The position numbers were made by a program, and so were the translations under genes. A DNA stretch of 64,000 bases from Gnetum montanum (Eukaryota > Plantae > Gnetophyta), in contig MNCI01000668.1 of NCBI GenBank assembly GCA_015680685.1, positions 1,362,536 to 1,426,535 on the forward strand, written 5' to 3'. Shown piece after piece: positions 1-11,520 of this stretch. Under the pieces are notes generated by a model. The model searched no databases. It was not told the origin of the DNA and saw only the letters and a program-made list of their open reading frames with translations. Numbering within the stretch: position 1 is the stretch's first letter; every line of letters begins with the position of its first letter.

Positions 1-1153
1 GACTTGATTTTAAGGGTGTAAGTCATCCTCAAGGTCCACTGTTGATAACTATGGGTCCCAGCCTTCAGAAATTCCAGATTTCAGCCCAAAATTGCAAGTT
101 TTGGAGGCCACACTACAGGTCATACCACAAGTCGCGCTGGATGCTAGACAAGCGAGGCGGTGTTAATCCTTCTTGATTTTCTATTTCAAGAAATCTATAA
201 AATGGAAAAGGGATATGGAAGCCCATGCAAAATCAGGCCAAATATTCAGCAAAAAAAAAATATAATTTTCCAAGCGGGCCAGAGTTGGAGCTAATCTTTT
301 TAAATTTTTAAAATTTATTTTATTTTTTTTATCACTCAAGGGCTTGTATTTCTAAAATTATTTGTATTTTTATGGGCTGGAATGACCCATAAGTTGTAAA
401 ATACATTGAATCTGGTCAAGGAAGGCAAATTGCCAACACACATCCAACTCATGTACAACTTTCAAGCATAGATACATTGAACCTGGTCAAAGCAAACCCT
501 AGCCAAAAACCCTAGCCCAGCCCTATAAATACCCCATCAATTCACACAAATTGGAGGAGGCAAGAGAAGCAGAAGCAAAAGCAGCAAGAGAGAAGCGAGA
601 GGAAGAGGCAAAGATTGGAGAGATTGGAAATTCTAAAGGAGGACAAAACTTGCAATCCTTGGGCGCTCGGCACATTCGATTTTTGGCTTCCAAGTTCTTC
701 TCACATCATCGCATCATCGTGTCATATCTTTCCGGGGCTAGGCGTTTGACTTGCCATTCACACTTATGCAACTACGCTTTGACCAGTGCACATCTTTTTA
801 AAACAATATAATACAGTTCCATTATTGCCTCCCATTTACATTGTTTAAGTTCTGTTTATGCTTTGCAAATATAACTTTGTTTATGCTTTATTCATAATTC
901 AGTACGCTTTATTTACATTTCGTATCATTGTCTACATTTCGTTTACATCCTATTTACGATATCCCCAACGCTAGCCATAGCTTACACTCGGGGAAGTCCT
1001 TGGTTGATTTGCGTGCAAACCATCCAAGGCACCTTGCCTTTGTTCCCTTTTCCATCTTGCCCTCAAGCGAAGGCAGGGTCAGCTATGGCTGCCCAACGAT
1101 CTCTCGGTGTTTGTTTCCCTTCCAGCCTTACACCGACGATTTAGGTCAATACA
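1..1153 (+). mobile_element. LTR (5'-truncated by window edge) of the Tat-type Ty3/gypsy family, opposite orientation to the copies at 1614-13226
   Basis: Reverse complement of the LTRs at 8630-10290 and 11521-13226 (e.g. ccagccttacaccgacgatttaggtcaataca). Ends ...CAATACA at 1153. TATA-like cctataaatacc at ~521-532. No PBS follows, so it is a 3' or solo LTR. Confidence 0.85.
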
Positions 1154-1271
1154 ATTTGAAAAAACTACAAATAAACAAAGGTCTAGCTCTTCATAGAGAT
1201 GAATGATGCAAAAGAACTCATGTAGTCAACCCCATTTTGTTGGGACAAACCTAGAATGATGATGATGATGA
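1154..1271 (+). mobile_element. 3' end of an RTE-clade LINE with (GAT)n tail
   Basis: Translates as KKLQINKGLALHRDE*CKRTHVVNP, resembling the plant RTE C-terminus (LALDR..W...IHVADP). Followed by a short 3'UTR (ccccattttgttgggac) and a gatgatgatgatg microsatellite tail typical of RTEs. Confidence 0.65.
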
Positions 1272-1613
1272 TTTTATTTTATGTTATCTTAGCTTAAGCA
1301 TGTATGCATTACATAGTTGAGTTATGTGTCTTGTAATTATCTTTCCATGGTGTATTTGATACTTTATTCTATTTTTTATTTTCTTATATTTTATTTATTT
1401 GAAGCATATGTGCATTAACCTTTTTTAGAGTTTTGAATAAGTACCCAGTACTATATGAGTCATTGGCACATGGGGTTCTACATCAAGCATGTGGTATGCT
1501 TTTCTTGCTATGTGTTTGGCATGTCTCTATAATTGTTTGAAAAATTAATTAAATTAACTATTATTTTAATTTTAGAGGGTTAGCATGAGGTAGTATCCTA
1601 GTTAATTATATTT

Positions 1614-3130
1614 GAAATGTGAACAGTGACGCACAAAATGCAAACAGAGCATATACAATATAAACATAGCGTAAAGTAGATAAAAACAGAGCAAACAATG
1701 TAAATGGAAGGCAATAATGAACTGTATTCTATTGCGTAAAAAAGATGTGCACCGGTCAAAGCGTAGTTGCGTGTGTGGATGCCAAGTCAAGCACTAAGCC
1801 TTGGAGTGATGTGCTTACAAGTGTTTGGAGGCTGGAAGTCATGTGTGCCTGAGCATCCAAAGTTTCCAATCAATGCTTCCTAAGCCATCAACCTTCAAAA
1901 TTTTCCACCCCTTTTATGTGAATGGACGGGATATTTATAAGGTTTGGCTAGGCTCAGGCATAGAATACATGGATGGAATCAACGACTGAGAGATGAGAGG
2001 AAAACAGATCATGTGACACGTGTTTGATGGATAGTTGTGTGTGAATTGGATGTGCGTAGGCAAGCTACGTTCTTGATTGGATGCGCACTGTATCTTACAG
2101 CATGCATTAGCTTACGCAAGCTAGCTTACACCCATAGAAGCACATACAATTTAGAACGTAAGAGCTTGACAAGCTTACAAATGGCCAAAATTTACAATGA
2201 AAATGATAGTGTAAACCAAGAGAATTTGACTTCAACTCGCTTGATCCATGAATTGACTACTGCAAGATGTCAATTTGAGTGGTTTTGTGGCTGTTTGAGG
2301 CATTTCTATTCCACAAAAGCTTCCATCGTGAGTTTATTTTATCTTGGTATGTCCTTAGCGTGTGTTTGGCATGTACTCACACTGCCAGCGTGACCTCGGT
2401 GTGACCTTAGCATGACCTGGTGAAAATGACACATTTCACACCAATTTTTGATCTTTTGAAGCATGTGCTTTGAATGCAACAATTGTTTGACTGTGTTTGA
2501 CCCTAATAGTGAGCTACATGTTGAAAACTGAGGTTGAGTGTGTCTTGATTTGAGCCACTTTTAGTAACTCACACTGGACTCACGCTGTCAGTGTGACCTC
2601 AGCGTGAGCTATAAAAACTTTACAATTTTGGACTTGAAATCTAGAATTTTGGAGGCTGGGACTTGAAGTTGTCAATAATGAACCCTGAGGATGACTTTCA
2701 CCTTTGAAATCAAACCATTTCGACTCGATTTTAAGGCTCTTAGAGTTGGTCACGCTAGACTCACGCTACCAGCATAACCTCAGCGTGATCATCAGCATGA
2801 GTGAAAAATGTGTACAATTTGGCCCAAAATTTGAACTCCCAAATGCTAAAACTTGAATTTGACAACAATGACCCTTGAGGATGGCTTGCACCCTTAGATT
2901 GAACCATCTTTAACTTGATTTTGAAGTCGTTGAAGTTGCTCACACTAAGGACAAGCCAGCTTGACAAGCCTAGCGTGAGCAGGCCAGCTTGACAAGCTGA
3001 GCATGAGCAAGCCAGCTTAACAAGCTAACTGTGAGTTCCATGCCTTAGTCAAATTTTTATCTCCAAAAAGCTAAAAGGGCTCTAAGTTGTTCTTGTTTCA
3101 AAGTGTTAGGCTGAAATTAGTGGTGTTTCA
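1614..3130 (-). repeat. 3' LTR of the Tat element, missing ~214 bp of its U5 end
   Basis: Aligns to 11735-13226. Begins TGAAACACCA on the minus strand. Preceded on the minus strand by PPT AAAGAGGGG (plus 3135-3143). Confidence 0.88.
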
Positions 3131-4289
3131 TTAGCCCCTCTTTGTTGACGTCTAGAGGAATCCACCCGAGAGGCATCGACAAAGAAGTACAAAACACCAT
3201 GACCAACCAAGCACCAAGCATTAGACATTGGCCCCTGGCTGGATGTCATCGCACCGTGTTCAAAAGTACATGGGATTGGGGAAATGTAGTTCAAGATGCA
3301 AGGGGATTGGTTGTAACTGGGGGGAAATCAGGAGTTAATCAAGGGTTATAATTATTGTTGGAATTGTGGGAAAGGAATGCTCTCATGTGAACGAGTCATA
3401 TTTTTGGTCCTTGTCAGTAGCCAGTGTTTAGCAGACTTGAAACCAAGATATAGAAGGTGCATTCTTTGGAGAAACGGGACTCTTATAGAGTGTTTATGGG
3501 AACCCGTTGTAAACAGCCAAAGCCACACGATGATTTGAAACATGATCTTTTGAGACATGAGTGTACTTGTCTTTCTAAGACAATTGCCTTCTCACCTGGA
3601 GCTTGTATGAGAAGATCCAATGGTCTTTGGTCTATGATGTCCATGGGGTCATGAAGACCTTTTCCGTGCATTTTGCTCTTTGATCTTTTTGTTCTTTTTT
3701 TTTGTTTATTTTTTTTTTTGTTCTTTTTGGAAGAGCTTTCTTTTAGTGCTATACTCGTGCTCATGCATTTGCATTTGTATCATGTACTGTGTACTGTGTT
3801 TTTCATTGCAACTACTTAGAGAATCACAATGTACAACAGTGTATCAAGAGCTTTAGGGTGAGTAGAATGTATCAAGGGGGTGTAATTAAATAGGATAATG
3901 GGAACATGATGGGGAATAGGGAATGTATTAGGAGTCGGGAATGTACTTATGAACGAATTGATTAACCCAGTTGTGTGCATCAGGAAGAATTTGATACCTT
4001 ATCATCATGATGAAGTGCATCTGTGCACGAACACCTCAAGTGTGTCATCCTGCAAACACAACTTCAAGAAGACAAGTAAAGCACAAATGATTTGGTTAAC
4101 TAAGTACTTTAAACTTGAAAAAAACCAAGGAGATGGAGCCACCGTGTGCAATTTCAAAGCAAACAGAATCATGAACAACATCAGCTTCATCAAGGTCCAT
4201 GAGACAAATTGTGCAGCAAGTCTTTGCGGAACACGTACAGCCAATTGCAACAACATATCTTTTCATGTATTTCCTAGTCATCGATGATG

Positions 4290-4620
4290 TCGTCAGTTTA
4301 TAGTCTTAGCGGACTGTTGCAGGTTAGTTTCACGTCATAACCCTTTGGACAGTGCCAGTTTAGCGTCATAGTGGACGGTGCAGTGCTAGTTTATAGTTGT
4401 AGCAAATTGTGAAGAGGCAAACCAATTTATAGTCTTAGTGGACTTTGCATGCTAGTTTTATCTCATGGCAGACAAGTATGGCAATTTAGTGTCATACCAG
4501 ACAAAGCTCTATGGTGTCAGTTTACTGTCATGATGCCAGGACACTCTATGGTGCCAATCTCAAGTCATAGCCCCAAGATGGTTCTATGGTATCAATTTTA
4601 GGTCATGATGCTAGGACCGT
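4290..4620. repeat. Degenerate ~30-bp tandem repeats (cagtttatagtc../tagtttaacgtcat-like) downstream of the integrase tail
   Basis: Recurring agttta..gtcat..gac units. The same motif recurs at 5340-5620 and 60060-60140. Confidence 0.6.
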
Positions 4621-4639
4621 TGCGTACCTTAGGTTGATC

Positions 4640-4765
4640 AGACATAGTACCGTTTCAAGTATAGGTGATTTGTAGGATTAGCAAACTCATTCCCATCCAT
4701 GTTAGCAAGTTTGAATGCTCTACTATTGTACGCCTTGGTGGCTAAGTAAGGCCCTCTTCACCTAT
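4640..4765 (-). pseudogene. Integrase C-terminal GPY/F remnant
   Basis: Minus translation RGPYLATKAYNSRAFKLANMDGNEFANPTNHLYLKRYY. Homologous to the integrase end at ~60180-60300. Confidence 0.75.
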
Positions 4766-5649
4766 GAATATTTTATTATGGTGCTTACTTTTGTATGGTT
4801 TTATTGTTTTTAGTGTTAATGTTACTGTTCTTTCAGGTTTTGTATTCATAATTTGCTTTACTATGCTTACTTGTTTGTTTTTTTTTCGTTCTGTTGTAGG
4901 GACATGTTAATGATGAAGCTAGCCTGAGTGGAGTGGGAGCGGATGATGTGGAAGATTTTGGGGGCCAGCCCCCTCCTAGTACTGATGCATGAGCTAACTG
5001 TTAATTCAGCTTTAGCTACTAAATGTTTTGGATTTTTGAATGTCTAATGGAAATGTATGATGGACAGATGTAATGATATGGATTTTAATCATGGCATAAT
5101 GTGTTGGCATTCTATTGCCATATTGATGTTCAATATTTTTTTTTGTTTTTATCATTTTTCTTATTTTCTTAGGTATATTGTGAACATATGCGTGTAGCTG
5201 AATGTAAAATGAGATTCCAAAATGTAGAACAAAATGCAAAGAAAATATTTGTAAAAAGAAAAGTAACGAGAATGCAAGAATTGAAATTGCAACTTGTGAC
5301 ACATAAATAAAAATTTGACATAACGTGACGAGAGTTTGTAAACCTGTAACATACTGAGCTCTAGTTTAAGGTCATTTCGAGCTGTGCACATTAGTTTAGA
5401 GTCATGGTGGACTGTTGCATCTGTGTTGAAGAAAAAGAAAGAGGGATTAGTAGTTTTAGGCCATAGTGGGCTAAAAGTGACAATAGTTTTAGGGAATTTT
5501 AAATGGAAACAATCATTTCTGACCATGGCTAGTTGAATGTCATTGTGGACATTCGCTAGCAGTTTAACGTCATACCGGATAGTTGGTAGTTTAACGTCAT
5601 TTCGGACGCTCAATAGTTTTCCCTAGTTATTGAGTTGTTTTTTTATTTT

Positions 5650-8600
5650 TCATAGTTTGTGAGGGGTAGGACATGTAGGCATGATCTTATACTCCCCTTC
5701 CCCTTCACTAGAGATGTCAAAAGGTAGCTCCGACCAAGAGACGTCAGCGGGAATGGCTCCTATGTCTGTGTCATCTAGTGGTTCCTCAGTTTTAGTAGGA
5801 TCATGAGTTAACGATTGGTTCATGTCTTGAAGTGCACCGTTGGTTTCTTGTTTAGGCTCAAAGAACTCAACCTTTGACCCTTGATCCATTCTTGGGTGCG
5901 AGGAAGTGAGTGATGTTGTCATGTCCCCGTGTATGATGATTTCACCGCCCTCATAAGGTAGGTGGATTTCTTGATGGATTGGTGAGGATATGGCTCTAAG
6001 TTGATCTAACTAAGGTCATCCTAGAATCAGATTGAACCCCAGCATTTCATCAACTGCTACAAATTCAACCGATGTGGGAAACTGGTCCCCTGCTATGAAT
6101 TCCAAGGTAAGCATGCCTTTTATCACGACACAGGAACCATTGAAGGATTTTAAAAAGGAAGTTGTTGTGGGTCGTATTTGCTCTGTAAGACCTAGTTTTT
6201 GGATGACATGAAAGGGTATTACGTTTGTTGCTGCACCATCATCGACATGCACCCTACGTATTTTGAAATGATTGACTTGTATTGTTATAAAAATAGGGGC
6301 TGTAGTGACCTCTCTCGTTTTCTCATCTCGCTTAATATCATTAGCACAAAACTCTAGGGATGTGGGCCTTGATTCTTGAGGTTGTGAAGATAGTACTACA
6401 TAAATGAACAGCTCATCTATGGGAAGGTCATCACTAACAGTAATCAAAGTCAACATACGCACGAAAGTTGCCTGATGTACCGATGAGGTCATTACTAGAT
6501 CATACAAGCTCAAGGAAGTATTCTTTTGTTTCAAAGCCTGTGTGACTTGGGTTAATGCACTCACTAGATCCTTATTACTTGGGACACTCTTATCTATGGA
6601 GACTTGGTCCATTTGACCTAGCATTCATATCTCTCATGGGGGGATTCTTGTGTTAGAAACTAGGGATGTTGAGTTTGGGACACTGGGAGTGCCAGTATCC
6701 TTGTCTTGATGGCCTACGCTAGGCTCATTGGTGGATGGAACCATAGCAACAACATTTAGCGGTATGGGCTTTGGTGGTCCCAATTCACGTTCATGACGTT
6801 CCTTTTCTAGGCGCTCTCTTGTCAACCTGTCAACAAGGTGTTCTTGTAGGGGTCATGGGGGAATGGTAGGGGGTTGCATGTCAGGGTATTTTGGAACCTG
6901 AATCACAAAGGAAGTGTGTCAGGTGTCTAATGGCATGGTTGCTGCTGCGACAGAAGGAGGTATGCGGATGACGAATGGATTTTGTGGTGCAGGGAATGTG
7001 CGTATGACAAAAGGGGTTTGGGGAGGTGTTGGGGTAGATGTAGCTTCAGAAGGCCTGCAAATTACAATGGGTTTTTGAGGGACGCCTTGTCCATTCTCCA
7101 CATGAATAGTGTTAATCACATATGGTGCATCATTAGTATCAAGAGGATCCTTGTAAACCCCCATGGGTTGGTTTTGGTGCTTTACTGGGTTTGCTTCATC
7201 AAATACTATTTCAACCCTATCAATCATGCACTGTATATCTTACTTTAAGGTGAAGCAGTAATCAGTTCTATGCCCACACTGTTGGTGATATTTGCAAAAC
7301 CTATTTAACCTAAAGCCTCTTGAAACAGGGGGCTCATCGGTTGTTGCTAAAGTTGGGTTTTAAGCCAACTCACAGAATCTATCATGTTTTTGGGACGTCG
7401 CACGGGACATTTGTTTGTGTTGGATTAACTTGGCCTTTAGAAGCTGATCTAATAATTGTGAAGGCTTCATAGGCAAAGGTGTGTATTGAGTAGGATCTTT
7501 TCATTCAAATGTACCAGTGGGATCCATGTTTGTGGTGTTTTTTTAGGAAGATTCAGGTGTAGGCATAGATGTGGTTCTTTCATGGCTGGTTGGAGCAGTG
7601 GGTTGTTTTCCTCTCTGTCCTGAATTGTTTGGTTGGGCTGTCTCGGCCACTGTTGCTACTGTCGTTTTGGATTTATCCTTATCTTTCCTCATATGTTGGC
7701 TCCTAAAGGCTGAGTAAGCTAGGTCATTACTTGATTGTGCCACCTCTTCTATGTTCTTAATTTGTGCAAATGCTTGACTCAAAGTACAAGCACTTAAATA
7801 ATAACGTGTTGATTTAACGAAGTCATTCATGGTAGCCTTAAGAATTGTAAGCAAGTATGTCTCAGGTATGGGCTTGTGAAGTTCATTCAGGACTGTACTC
7901 CACCTTTGGATAAATTTTTGCACTGGCTCTAATGGTGCTTGTTTAATCTGAATCAGACCATCTAGTGTGGCTTCAGGCTTTAAATTATATTTAAAACGGG
8001 TAACAAACTGATGTAACAAATCTTCTAGAGAGGATATGGAGTTACGTGGTAAAGCCCAGTACCAGTCTAAGGCTTTTTCTATCAAGGACATAGCAAATAC
8101 ACATAGAATTAGATGAGGCCAGGCCTAAAGCAATAGACATTCTAGTCAAAATGTTACTAGATGGACATTTGGATCTCCCTCTCCGTTGTACTTGGTTAGT
8201 TGAGGTAATGAGATTCCCTTTGGTAAGGTTAACGGTGGAACTAAAGGGTGGATTAGGTCATCTTGGTAGAAGTCTAGCACCTTGACTTCCTCAGTGTTTG
8301 CAATTTTAAGGTGCTTTAACTCCTCAGTTAATGAGTTCATCATTTTCTTTGTGTCTACCCACTCTTGGATGGTAGGCAGATCAAGTAGTTGAGTAGATTG
8401 TGATTGGTAGTAGTTTGATTGTTGTATTGTTTGTGGAAAGGGAGCCTGTTGGATTGTCGGTTATTGTGGTGGAGCAACATTCAGAGATGGGATTGCAGGG
8501 TGTGGTACATTGTAGTGAGTAGTTTGGTATTGCTAAATAGCTAGTGAAACCCACTGCCCAGCCACAGTTTGTGAGGTAACACCTTGAACGTGTTGGGTTG

Positions 8601-11041
8601 AAGTAATCAGAGGTGCTCCATGGGTTATGTGTACTAACCTAAATCATCGATGTAAGGCTGGAAGGGAAAAAAACATCAAAAGATCATCGGGTAGACACAA
8701 TTGACCCCACCTTCACCCAAGGGCAAGTTGGAAAAGAAAATGAAGGCAGAGTGCCTTGGATAGTCTGCACGCAAATCAACCAAGGACTTCTCCGAACATA
8801 AGCTATGGCTTGCGTTGGGATTATCGTAACTGATGCACGAAATGTAAACGGAGATGCACAAAATGCAAACAGAGTGTATATAGAATGTAAAAAAAGCATA
8901 AACTGAATTTAAAAGCAGAGTAAACAATATAATGATTGGAAAAATGAACTGTATTGTATTGTTTAACAAGGATGTGCATCGGTCAAAGCGTAGTTGCGTG
9001 TGGATGGCAAGTCAAGCGTTAAGCCCCGGGGTGATGTATAACAAGTGCTTGGATGCTAGGAGTCTCGTGTGCCTGAGCATCCAAGGTTGCTGGTCAATGC
9101 TTCCTAAGCCGTCAACCTTCAGAATTGCCAACGTCCAAAATTGACAACCCTTCAAAATTGCCCCTCCAGTTTATGTGAATGGACAGGGTATTTATAGGGT
9201 TTTGTCAAGTTCAGGCACGAAATCCATGCATGGAATCAACGGTTGAGAGATGAGAGGAAACTGGATCGTGTGACACATGTCCAATGGACAGCTATATGTG
9301 AGTTGATCGTGTGTAGGTAGGCTACATTTTTGACCAGATACATTGTATCTTACAGGATGTGTTAGCTTACTCAAGCTGGCTTACACTCAAGGCACAATTT
9401 GGAGCATAAGAGCTTAACAAGCTTACAAATGGTGATGATTTACCAAGAAAATCAAGAGGGATTGACTTTGACTCGCTTGAAACTTCTCAGTCCTTGAATC
9501 GACTATGGCAGGATGTCGATTTGAGTGGGTTTCTGGCTGTTTGAGGCATCTTTGCTTCACCAAGGCTCCCAGCGTGAGTTTATTTGATCCTGGCATGTCC
9601 TCAGTGTGTGTTTGGAGTGCTTTTGTCCAAGCTTGAATAGTACTCATGCTGATGAATAGTGTTCACGCTGATGAATAGTACTCATGCTGATGAATAGTGT
9701 TCACGCTGTACTCACACTGCAACATGACCACAGCGTGAGTGAGCTTAAAACGACAGCTTTTCATCAAATTTTGATTTTTTGAACCCTGATTCTTGAAGTG
9801 CAAGGATTGCCTAACTGTGATTGACAAATTAAACCTGAAAGTGCCTTGTTTTGAGCCACTTTTGGTAGCTCACGCTGCACTCACGCTATCAACGTGTCCA
9901 CAGCGTGAGTGAGTGAAACTTGAAAATTTTAGGCTTGGAATCTGGAAATTTGGAGGTTGGGACTGGAGGTTGTCGATAGTGAACCCTGAGGTTGATTTGC
10001 ACCTTTGAAATCAAGTCATTTCAACTCAGTTTCAAGGCTCTAAAAGTTGTTCATGCTAGACACACGCTACCAACGTGAGTGCAGCGTGAGTGTAGCATGA
10101 GTGTAGCATGAGCTGCAGCTTGTGTTAGAAAATTTGCACAATTTCCAGCGTGAGTTGCCCAGGACAAGCTAGCATGAGTGACTAGGATAAGCTAGCATGA
10201 GTTGCATGCCTTAGTCAAATTTTGCCTCCCGAATGCTGGAAAGGACTTGAGTCCTTCTCAAAGTGTTAGGTCGAAATTAGTGGTGTTTCAGTATGTAGTG
10301 GGTGGACGTGGAAGCTGGTATAACTGATGGCATCCCAATTACTTGGGGTTGGAAGATTGATCCTAAATTAGTTTGAGGAGGGGGTTGTTGGGATTGCACT
10401 TGCAGGGGTATGATGGAGATGGATACATCAGATTGAATGTTGGGCATCGGAAAGGTTGGAATGGAAGTGGGTACTTCCTGTAGAGAAATCGGCGCTCGAG
10501 TATTTACAGATAAAGGAGGAAGTATGGTTTCTTCCAGGAAAGGTTGGAATGATGGGTTTGTATGGGCATGAGGACTAACAGTGTGGTACGAATCCTCATG
10601 CTCAGATTGGGCCGCAAATTCATCTTCCTCATCTTCGCTCTAAGGCTCTATCGGAGGTGGCTGCAAGGTTTGATTCCTTGCCATGAGAAGCTGAGCTATG
10701 AGACGATGATGGGGCTCGGAAAGGGGGATTACATCATATACTGAAGGAGTGAACTCATGACCTCCCTTGTAAATGAGCTCATAGTTTTGCTTTGCTTCTC
10801 TTTCTATGTGATCGATAGCCAATTTGGCTTGGATCTTCACAAAAATGAAATTATATTGTTCAGGTGTGAGGATTGCATAGGTAGGGTCCTTACCCTATAG
10901 CCTAAGTGACTGATGAGTTGAACCTTGAGGGTTTATCGCTTTAATGGCAATTATGGGTTCTATCGCAGTCACAGGGTTTAAGGTCCCTGCCCCAAAGTCA
11001 AAGATCTACAGTGCCGTTGTTTTGATTTGGAAAGATTCCAT
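5650..11041 (-). pseudogene. Decayed gag-protease polyprotein of the Tat element, interrupted by a solo LTR at 8630-10290
   Basis: KYNGEGDPNVHL...ALDWYWALPRNSISSLEDLLHQFVTRF (retrotransposon gag). Zinc-knuckle-like FCKYHQQCGHRTDYC at ~7255-7300. Protease VHVDDGAATNVI...FNLILG at 6016-6624. Several stops and frameshifts. Confidence 0.88.
8630..10290 (-). mobile_element. Solo LTR of the same Tat family inserted inside gag
   Basis: TG...CA termini with full-length similarity to 11521-13226. Flanks TTATG (8625-8629) / GTATG (10291-10295) form a 5-bp TSD with one mismatch. No PBS or PPT adjacent. Internal 19-bp x4 repeat at 9635-9708. Confidence 0.85.
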
Positions 11042-11047
11042 AGTAGT

Positions 11048-11420
11048 GTGAGTAAGCTGGCTTGACAAGCTGAGCATGAGCAAGCTGGCTTGACAAGCTA
11101 AGCATGAGTAATTGGGCTTAGCATGAGTAAGCTAGCTTGACAAGCTGGGCGTGTGTAACGCGTGAGACAAGCTGAGCGTGAGTAACTGGGCTTAGTGAGT
11201 AAGCTAGCTTGACAAGTTGGGCATGACCAAGGTGGCTTGACAAGCTGAGCATGAGTAACTGGGCTTAGTGTGAGCAAGCTGGCTTGACAAGCTGAGCGTG
11301 AGTAACTGGGCTTAGTGTGAGCAAGCTAGCTTGACAAGCTGAGTGTGAGTAACTGGGCTTAGCGTGAGTAAGGTAGCTTGACAAGTTGGGCATGTGTAAG
11401 CTAGCTTGACAAGTTGGGCT
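11048..11420. repeat. Tandem array (28/47-bp units containing AGCTTGACAAGCT) in the 5' leader of the Tat element
   Basis: Near-identical 47-bp units start at 11252, 11299 and 11346. The same core occurs in the LTR ends at 2950-3035 and 13045-13130. Confidence 0.85.
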
Positions 11421-11497
11421 TTAGTTTCAGCACTTGGTTTGCACAGCGTTTAACAGGTAGCGTGATCAACGTTTTGACGGGACGGTAAACAAGTCAG

Positions 11498-11514
11498 CCC
11501 TCCTTCTAGCGCCA
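11498..11514 (-). other. Primer-binding site, tRNA-Asn(GUU)
   Basis: Minus strand TGGCGCTAGAAGGAGGG, 6 nt from the LTR end. Complementary to the plant tRNA-Asn 3' end (...CCCTCCTTCTAGCGCCA). Confidence 0.85.
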
Positions 11515-11520
11515 ATTTAC

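Noticed and set aside
551-811. 86-aa E/A/K-rich ORF
   Set aside because: Purine-rich R region of an LTR just after the TATA box; no true ATG.
11048-11420. CRISPR-like appearance of palindromic repeats
   Set aside because: No unique spacers, eukaryotic retrotransposon leader, no cas genes.
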